Shown here: piece by piece, positions 56,430 through 64,000 of the stretch
Numbering within the stretch: position 1 is the first letter of the stretch
Layout: every line of letters begins with the position of its first letter
NCBI GenBank assembly: GCA_964424515.1
Contig: CAYRJJ010000001.1
Coordinates: forward strand, 1,747 to 65,746
DNA: 64,000 nucleotides
DNA from: an uncultured Candidatus Finniella sp.
Lineage (GTDB): Bacteria > Pseudomonadota > Alphaproteobacteria > Paracaedibacterales > VGCI01
Direction of reading: 5' to 3'
Program-made: the position numbers and the translations under genes
Notes under the pieces: model-generated
What the model saw: the letters and a program-made list of their open reading frames with translations, nothing else
The model's database searches: none
What the model was told of the DNA's origin: nothing

Positions 56430-58409
56430 TTACACATCCACCTCTTGGATATGGGGAGCATTTTCCTGGATGAACGTATAGCGGGCTTCCGGGTTTTTCC
56501 CCATGAGGCGGCCAACAAAGTGGCGGATATCTTCCTTATCCTTGATGAAGACGCGCAACAACGTACGTTTGTCGCGGTGCATGGTGGTGTCCCGTAACTG
56601 AGCGGGGAGCATCTCGCCTAAGCCTTTAAAACGGCCAATATCCACATTTTTGGCGCCCTTGAAGTGAACTTTCAGGAGGTGGTCTTTTTCCGCATCATCC
56701 CGGGCATAGACAGACCTGGCTCCTTGCGTCAGGCGGTAGAGCGGGGGTTGAGCGAGATAAATATTCCCGGCGTCAATCAGCGTGCGCATTTCCTGGAAAA
56801 AGAATGTTAACAACAGGGACGCGATGTGCGCGCCGTCAACATCCGCATCCGTCATAATAATCACCTTGCTATAGCGGAGTTTGACAGGGTCGCAAAGCTT
56901 GCCCATACCGCATCCCAATGCCAGCGCCAAGTCGCGGATTTCCTGGTTGGCATGAAGTTTTTCGATCGTTGCGCTGGCGACGTTTAAAATCTTGCCGCGT
57001 AAAGGGAGAACGGCTTGCGTCGCCCGGTCACGGGCTTGCTTGGCGGAGCCGCCAGCTGAATCTCCTTCCACAAGAAAGATTTCGCTGTTTGTTGCTATAT
57101 TTGATGTACAATCCGCTAATTTTCCAGGTAAGCGGAGCTTCCGGGTGGCGCTTGCCCGGGCCACTTCTTTGGCTTGCCGTCGTTTCAAGCGATCTTCCGC
57201 GCGGCCAATGACATGTTCCAGAAGGTGTGTGGCAGCCTGGGGATGCGCTCCCAGCCAGTGGTCGAAATGATCCTTAACGGTGTTTTCAACCAAACGGGTC
57301 GCTTCAACGCTCGCCAGCTTTTCCTTTGTCTGGCCTTGAAATTGAGGTTGATGAATGAAGCAGGATAAAATCACGCAAGCTCCCCCGCTGACATCCTCAC
57401 TGGTCAATTGCCCTGCACGGCGGTTACCAATCCGGTCTCCATAATCTTTGAGGGCGCGGGTTAAAGCCTGACGAAAGCCATTTTCATGGGTGCCGCCTTG
57501 CGGCGTGGGGATGGTATTGCAAAACGAGGAAACCCAGCCGGCTCCGTCGTCCGTATCATTGTCCACAGGCCAGGCCACAGCCCATTCAACACGTCCCTGG
57601 TTGCCTGAAAAAGTGGCTTCTCCAGCAAAGGGAACTTCTGTGGCGGCTATGCGGTTCCCCAGATGGTCATGTAAATAATCCGCAAGGCCCGCTGGATAAT
57701 GAAGGCGGGCTATGGGCGGAACTTTGTCATGGCCTTGCAGGAGCGCGGGATCGCAATACCAGTTAATTTCAACTCCTTTAAAGAGGTAAGCTTTCGCGCG
57801 CGCCATTTGATAAAGCGCCGCCGGCCGGAAATGAAGGGCATTTCCAAAAATTTCAGGATCCGGGTGGAAGCGGATGGTGGTACCCCGCCTGCTGGTGGCG
57901 CCCTCTTGCAAAACCAGAAGGGAGGTGGGCTTACCCTTTGAATAGGTTTGACGCCAAAGGCTACGAGACCGGGCGACCTCAACTTCCAGGTAGTCAGACA
58001 AGGCATTCACAACCGAAACGCCAACGCCATGTAACCCGCCTGCTGTCGCATAGACGGCATTATTGAATTTTCCACCGGAATGGAGCGTTGTCAAGATGAC
58101 TTCAAGGGCGGATAATTCTGGAAATTTGGGATGGGGATCCGTCGGAATGCCTCGGCCATTGTCTTTGATGCAAACCATATCTCCTGCTTCAAGCCGTACC
58201 TCAATGCGGTTTGCGTAGCCGGAAACGGCTTCGTCCATGGCGTTATCCAGGACTTCAGCGACTAAATGATGAAGAGCTTTTTCATCTGTTCCTCCAATAT
58301 ACATGCCAGGGCGTTTACGGACGGGTTCCAGTCCTTCAAGAACCTCAATGTCTTTTGCGGAATAGTCCGTAAGGGGAAGGGATGTCGTTTGGCGGAAGAG
58401 ATCAGACAT
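56430..58409 (-). CDS. parE: DNA topoisomerase IV subunit B
   Basis: 659 aa; this length fits ParE rather than GyrB. LEGLEPVRKRPGMYIGGT, GHKL ATPase motifs, Toprim EIFLVEGDSAGGSAKQ, and IIMTDADVDGAHI. Confidence 0.9.
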   Translation of the reverse strand: MSDLFRQTTSLPLTDYSAKDIEVLEGLEPVRKRPGMYIGGTDEKALHHLVAEVLDNAMDEAVSGYANRIEVRLEAGDMVCIKDNGRGIPTDPHPKFPELSALEVILTTLHSGGKFNNAVYATAGGLHGVGVSVVNALSDYLEVEVARSRSLWRQTYSKGKPTSLLVLQEGATSRRGTTIRFHPDPEIFGNALHFRPAALYQMARAKAYLFKGVEINWYCDPALLQGHDKVPPIARLHYPAGLADYLHDHLGNRIAATEVPFAGEATFSGNQGRVEWAVAWPVDNDTDDGAGWVSSFCNTIPTPQGGTHENGFRQALTRALKDYGDRIGNRRAGQLTSEDVSGGACVILSCFIHQPQFQGQTKEKLASVEATRLVENTVKDHFDHWLGAHPQAATHLLEHVIGRAEDRLKRRQAKEVARASATRKLRLPGKLADCTSNIATNSEIFLVEGDSAGGSAKQARDRATQAVLPLRGKILNVASATIEKLHANQEIRDLALALGCGMGKLCDPVKLRYSKVIIMTDADVDGAHIASLLLTFFFQEMRTLIDAGNIYLAQPPLYRLTQGARSVYARDDAEKDHLLKVHFKGAKNVDIGRFKGLGEMLPAQLRDTTMHRDKRTLLRVFIKDKEDIRHFVGRLMGKNPEARYTFIQENAPHIQEVDV

Positions 58410-58534
58410 GGAATGAACCTATTTTAAAGGGCCTTTGCGTTTTATCTCTCTTCTGGCGGGAGGGGTAATCTTAATGAATCCTGTTAGGCCATGAGCGCTT
58501 TAACCACCGGGATGCTGCAGCCATAACATAAAGT

Positions 58535-58679
58535 AGCTTACCTCGTGCTGGTCGCCCTCGCGCGTGAACCGAGCGGATTGAAAATGTGGTAGCGCCCTGC
58601 CGACTTCGCAATCCATTTTTTAACTGGATTGCTACGCTCAGGGCGAACGGCAAGAGGTAAGTTAGTTCACGTCGTGGGG
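58535..58679. repeat. Dispersed repeat R4, full palindromic copy
   Basis: Left arm agcttacctcgtgctggtcgccctcgcgcg and right arm cgctcagggcgaacggcaagaggtaagtta are about 80% complementary. A central hairpin is gcaatcca/tggattgc. Partial copies are at 46981-47043 and 47830-47874. Confidence 0.55.
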
Positions 58680-58737
58680 TGTTCTCCCCGTCCGGCTACG
58701 TGCGAGAACGAACGGAGCAGGGAGATTAACCCGCCTC

Positions 58738-59097
58738 TCACGCTGCCAATGCTTTTTGAGCCTGGTCAACCAGCGATTTAAAGGCGTCAGGCTGGTTAAC
58801 AGCCAAATCTGCCATAACCTTCCGGTCAATCATAATGTCTGCTTTCAACAATCCGTTTATGAAGCGGGAATAAGGCAAACCGTTTGCGCGAGCTGCCGCA
58901 TTGATGCGTTGAATCCACAAAGCCCGGAAATCACGCTTTTTATTACGGCGATCGCGGTAGGCATATTGCCAGGATTTTTCCAGGCGTTGAATCGCAACAC
59001 GGAAGCATTTGCTGGACCGTCCACGGAATCCTTTGGATAATTTTAAAACTTTTTTATGACGGGCGTGCGTTGTGACGCCCCTTTTTACGCGTGCCAT
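58738..59097 (-). CDS. rplT: 50S ribosomal protein L20
   Basis: 119 aa. [20 protein letters not shown]-terminus. Confidence 0.97.
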   Translation of the reverse strand: MARVKRGVTTHARHKKVLKLSKGFRGRSSKCFRVAIQRLEKSWQYAYRDRRNKKRDFRALWIQRINAAARANGLPYSRFINGLLKADIMIDRKVMADLAVNQPDAFKSLVDQAQKALAA

Positions 59098-59109
59098 AAG
59101 GGGGCCTCC

Positions 59110-59307
59110 TTACATATGTAAATAATAGCTGAGAACTTTTTTTGCGTCCGCTTCATGCATGATTGTCATGCCGCGTGCATTACGTAACATTTTGTTGCTA
59201 CGTTTTCTCATACCATGGCGCTTACCCGCCTGGCCCATTTTGACCTTGCCGCTACCGGTAACCCGGAACCGCTTCTTAGCGCTGCTTTTTGTTTTTAACT
59301 TGGGCAT
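59110..59307 (-). CDS. rpmI: 50S ribosomal protein L35
   Basis: 65 aa. [15 protein letters not shown]-terminus. Confidence 0.95.
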   Translation of the reverse strand: MPKLKTKSSAKKRFRVTGSGKVKMGQAGKRHGMRKRSNKMLRNARGMTIMHEADAKKVLSYYLHM

Positions 59308-59458
59308 TTGACTCTCTTTTCAATAATTATAGTGTTAAGTACGTACCACAACAGGTCAGGCATACCCTTAGCCACGCTGTTTTTTACAGGCACACCCTAC
59401 TTATAGCCGACCCTCGTCCTGGAATTCAAGCTTAATTTCCTTGAAATAGTTCCCCGCC

Positions 59459-59547
59459 GCTAAGTACGCTTTGCGTACAGCTTCACAAATCCGCTTGCGC
59501 CTGACTCAAAAATTTCTTGAATAAAGGTAAAGTTTATTATTTCCAGA
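59459..59547. repeat. Dispersed repeat R5, copy 2
   Basis: Aligns with 40047-40148 in the same orientation. The 3' third (tttcttgaataaaggtaaagtttattatttccaga) is nearly identical. Confidence 0.5.
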
Positions 59548-59631
59548 TCCCTTAAGAGTGGTTTTGTCAATAAGTCGTTTACTTGTTGTGAGGTATACTT
59601 CAGAAGAATACGAACAAAGGAGGACAACAAA

Positions 59632-59775
59632 ATGTACAAAGTTATTATGGGATTATGTGTTGCTGTCACTTTAAGCGGGTGCTGCGGGATGTATGCAAAT
59701 TGCTCCAAGTCAGCCGCAGGGTGCGGCTGCCCTTCCTCTTGCGGTTGTGATGGTGGAAAAAAAATAACGTATTAG
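59632..59775 (+). CDS. Small Cys-rich lipoprotein (47 aa), absent from the ORF track
   Basis: The ATG is preceded by AAGGAGG (59618-59624). The peptide is MYKVIMGLCVAVTLSGCCGMYANCSKSAAGCGCPSSCGCDGGKKITY, with lipobox LSGC and 9 Cys. A 28-nt perfect palindrome follows. Confidence 0.55.
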   Translation: MYKVIMGLCVAVTLSGCCGMYANCSKSAAGCGCPSSCGCDGGKKITY

Positions 59776-59787
59776 CCTCTACCTGTT

Positions 59788-59815
59788 GTGAATCAAAAAC
59801 CGGTTTTTGATTCAC
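59788..59815 (+). terminator. Hairpin (28-nt perfect palindrome) 3' of the small lipoprotein gene
   Basis: gtgaatcaaaaaccggtttttgattcac forms a 12-14 bp stem that includes a T-run. There is no separate trailing U-tract. Confidence 0.4.
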
Positions 59816-60034
59816 GGGGAGCAGGGCTATTGAAAAGAGAACCTAAACTTTTTAAAAACTTTAAATGCCCTGAAGCCTCATGGATTCTTCTTATCCATGT
59901 ACACGTTCAAAATTCCCTAATGTTCATCCATGATGGATTTCTTCCGCGGCAATTTGGATTTTAATAAAAAATTAACGATTAGGGCATAATCCTTAAATTA
60001 TGAAAATTGTATTGATTTAAGGAAAGGATGTGTC

Positions 60035-60955
60035 ATGGCGCAAGTTTTAATATCATTTTGCATGTTTTGGGTATTAGGAATGACTCAGGCATGGGGTCAA
60101 ACATGGAATATGTGCGGCCCCCTGATTCGTCAGTATGAGGCCGCTCATGGGATCCCTCCCAAATTATTGACAGCGATTTCATTAGTAGAATCAGGACGTA
60201 AAGTAGGCGGCTCCGTTGTTGCGTGGCCATGGACCCTTAATGCGAATGGGAAGGCTTATATTTTTGCAACAAAAAAAGAAGCGGTTACAATGGTTCGCAA
60301 GCTTCACCGGATTGGTATCACCAGTATTGATGTTGGCTGTATGCAGGTAAACCTTAAACAGCATCCAGACGCTTTTTCAACCCTTGAGGCAGCATTTGAT
60401 CCGGCTACGAATATCGCTTATGCGGCAAAATTCTTAAAAGCCAAGAAAATCAATACGGGTACCTGGAGGGGGGCAGTGGCCCATTATCACTCTTCAAAAC
60501 GCAAATTTCATGGACGCTATATAGCGAAAGTCTTCAAGAAATTGGCAAAGGTACAAAATGATTACATGACTGTTCACGCGCCGTTTGAAGAGGAATACCC
60601 TGTGGTTGAAATGACTTATCCAGATGCGGAGATTGAAAAATATACGGGAGAACATGTTGAAAATGTGGCTGCGCCCAGTGGCCGTCGTTTGCCAATGATT
60701 GTCCGTTTTGCGCCCTATAAAGGTTTTCATGGAGGAATTTCAGGAGCCTCCCAATTGTTATCCCGGGAAAACAGGGGAGATGGCAGTCCCAAAATTATCC
60801 GGGGCAGGCCCAAAGGCAGTGGCAAGATCATTATTAACAGGTTCGGGAGGCTGCCTGACCAAAAGCCCCTTCAAACTCAAGGAACGGATCTGCCTGGCAA
60901 GCTTATCTATATTTCTGTTAAGGCAGATGCAGTTATGTTGCCCCCTCAACCCTGA
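60035..60955 (+). CDS. Lytic transglycosylase (SLT domain) protein
   Basis: 306 aa. LLTAISLVESG holds the catalytic Glu. WPWTLNANGKAY, DVGCMQVN and AYAAKFL motifs. Confidence 0.8.
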   Translation: MAQVLISFCMFWVLGMTQAWGQTWNMCGPLIRQYEAAHGIPPKLLTAISLVESGRKVGGSVVAWPWTLNANGKAYIFATKKEAVTMVRKLHRIGITSIDVGCMQVNLKQHPDAFSTLEAAFDPATNIAYAAKFLKAKKINTGTWRGAVAHYHSSKRKFHGRYIAKVFKKLAKVQNDYMTVHAPFEEEYPVVEMTYPDAEIEKYTGEHVENVAAPSGRRLPMIVRFAPYKGFHGGISGASQLLSRENRGDGSPKIIRGRPKGSGKIIINRFGRLPDQKPLQTQGTDLPGKLIYISVKADAVMLPPQP

Positions 60956-60992
60956 CGTACCGCTTCCCCGAATTTTGGGTACGGCAACCGTG

Positions 60993-62657
60993 TTATCCTT
61001 TATTTGTTATTAAAATATTTCCCTGGTTGGTCTCGAGGGGTAAGTAATGAAAGGCGGGTTGCCGTTGGGCAAGCGCCGCAATTTCAGAAGACCTGGCTAT
61101 GATGAAAAAGCGTTTTTTCCCGCCCCATAACTGTAAAAAGCGCTTTTCATCCAGCATCCATTGCGTACAATCCTCTACTTCGCAGCCAAACTCCAGCTCT
61201 CCTTTGGCGTCAATGACGGTGACAATTTGATCTGCATAAACGGGCAAATCCTGATAATAAGCTTTATAACTTCCAACAATGTCATCTGCATTTTTGCGGG
61301 ACTGAATGATTTGAGCAAGAGGTTTAACGGATGGGCGCTGAAGTTCAGGCATAAGGCGGATCACAAAAATGACCAGGACCAAAGCGCAAAGAGGGATTAT
61401 CGCCAGGGCGCTTCGCAAATGCCTTTGATACAAGAAGAAAACCGCAAGGGCTATGAGAAACAGGAAGGCGCCTGTGAGGACGGTAAAATCTACCCAAAGG
61501 TAGGGCTTGTGGTCAATGAGCCAGGGCATCATCCAGAGCGTAACCCATCCTCCTGTACTCAAGATTCCTGATATTCCGGCAAATACGACAATGCCCCGGC
61601 GGGCAGAATCGGTATGTTCTGGCTGGTGGATTTTGACCCAATAGGCTCCGAGGATGACAGCCAAAGGCGGAAAACAGGGTAAGATGTAAGGGATAAGTTT
61701 GGAATTGGAAAGAGAAAAAAAACAGAATGTCCAGCCAGCCCAAATAAGGAGGAATAAGGTAACCCCCCGTTGTTCTTTTGCCAGATGCGACTTTAGCCCA
61801 TCTTGTATAGCGCTCCACAAAAGACTTATCCAGGGGAAAAGACCAAGGAACAAGACAGGCGCAAAAAATAAAAGAGGCTGCGTTCGCATATGAATAGAGG
61901 TTGTGTAGCGCAAGACGTGTTCCACAATAAAGTACTTATAAGCGAACTCAGGGTTTTTAAGGCTGGCAAGAATATGCCATGGCGCTGCAATAGCAAGGAA
62001 TAAAAGGATTCCCGACGGCATATAAGCCGGCCATAAATCCTTCCATCGGCGCGTACCAAGGGCCCAAATCAAGATGGCTGGTCCGGGAATGGCCAGGGCC
62101 ATGACTCCTTTGGTCAGAACGCCCAGGGCGGAACAGCTATAAAAAGCCCAGGCCCATAGGCGGCGCTGGTATCCCGGTGGGGTGTGAATGGCTAACAGGA
62201 AAGAGAACAAGCTTAAACTGACAAGCGTCGTTACAGCCATGTCGAGGATAATCAAACGGCTTAACGCATAATATAGGGGGCTTGTCGCTAAAATTAGGCA
62301 CGCTGCTATTCCTGCCGGATGTCCATAAAATCGACGGCCAAACAGGTATACGCCAAGGCATCCTAAACTGCCAAAAAAAACGCACCACAACCGCATAGCC
62401 CATTCGTGAATGCCCAATACGTTTATGGCACCTGCTTGAAGCCAGTAAAATAAAGGTGGTTTTTCAAAATATTTAACGCCATTAAGGCGGGGGGTAACGT
62501 AGTCTCCAGAGGCTGCCATTTCCCGGGGGATTTCCACATACCTTCCTTCATCTGGAGAGGCAAAAGGACGGTTGCCTAAAAATAAGGCGAACCATAGCGC
62601 CAGCAAGGGGATAATCCACAACCAGGAGGGTAAAGATGAGTGATTGAAAGACTTCAT
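60993..62657 (-). CDS. GT39/GT83-type membrane glycosyltransferase (ArnT/PMT-like)
   Basis: 554 aa and polytopic. N-terminal PDEGRYVEIPREM and KPPLFYWL motifs are typical of ArnT-like lipid-linked sugar transferases. Confidence 0.85.
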   Translation of the reverse strand: MKSFNHSSLPSWLWIIPLLALWFALFLGNRPFASPDEGRYVEIPREMAASGDYVTPRLNGVKYFEKPPLFYWLQAGAINVLGIHEWAMRLWCVFFGSLGCLGVYLFGRRFYGHPAGIAACLILATSPLYYALSRLIILDMAVTTLVSLSLFSFLLAIHTPPGYQRRLWAWAFYSCSALGVLTKGVMALAIPGPAILIWALGTRRWKDLWPAYMPSGILLFLAIAAPWHILASLKNPEFAYKYFIVEHVLRYTTSIHMRTQPLLFFAPVLFLGLFPWISLLWSAIQDGLKSHLAKEQRGVTLFLLIWAGWTFCFFSLSNSKLIPYILPCFPPLAVILGAYWVKIHQPEHTDSARRGIVVFAGISGILSTGGWVTLWMMPWLIDHKPYLWVDFTVLTGAFLFLIALAVFFLYQRHLRSALAIIPLCALVLVIFVIRLMPELQRPSVKPLAQIIQSRKNADDIVGSYKAYYQDLPVYADQIVTVIDAKGELEFGCEVEDCTQWMLDEKRFLQLWGGKKRFFIIARSSEIAALAQRQPAFHYLPLETNQGNILITNKG

Positions 62658-62853
62658 GCCTTACTCATAAGCATACACGATTTCGGGATGCAAGAAGTTT
62701 TCAAGGGGTCCAGGGAAATTTTTTCAGGCTTCTAAAGGTGCAAGGGGAGGAGGAACCGCCTTATTTTCTACTTTGCAACCAGCTTTTCAACTTGTTTCTG
62801 GTAGAGGTTAGGGTCAAAATGCTTATGGGAAGGGATGAACATAGGCAAGAGAG

Positions 62854-64000
<1,147 letters not shown>

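Overview
This window looks like a gene-dense alphaproteobacterial chromosome segment. Supporting synteny includes rapZ-EIIA(Man)-HPr, DUF3576-leuS-lptE, a full iscR-nifS-iscS-iscU-iscA-hscB-hscA-fdx operon, fabD-fabG-acpP-fabF and coxB-ctaD. About 55 CDS are supportable; I recognised no rRNA, tRNA or CRISPR array. Housekeeping blocks are interrupted by AT-rich accessory patches and at least seven families of short dispersed repeats. Two of these repeats are MITE-like elements with intact terminal inverted repeats and target-site duplications. Accessory content suggests an intracellular, protist-associated lifestyle (inference only; possibly Holosporales- or Rickettsiales-like). It includes a signal-peptide protein with a canonical F-box, a secreted coiled-coil protein with two ubiquitin-interacting-motif-like segments, and an orphan protein with an NLS-like basic patch. 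The best candidate for an undescribed system is at 28.2-29.9 kb. A short HipA-type kinase core is translationally abutted to a downstream protein that appears to fuse a HipA-N-terminal-like region to a HIRAN DNA-binding domain. No HipB is present, and a SWIM/SNF2 helicase lies about 1.1 kb further downstream on the same strand. All domain calls come from reading motifs by eye; no database search was run.
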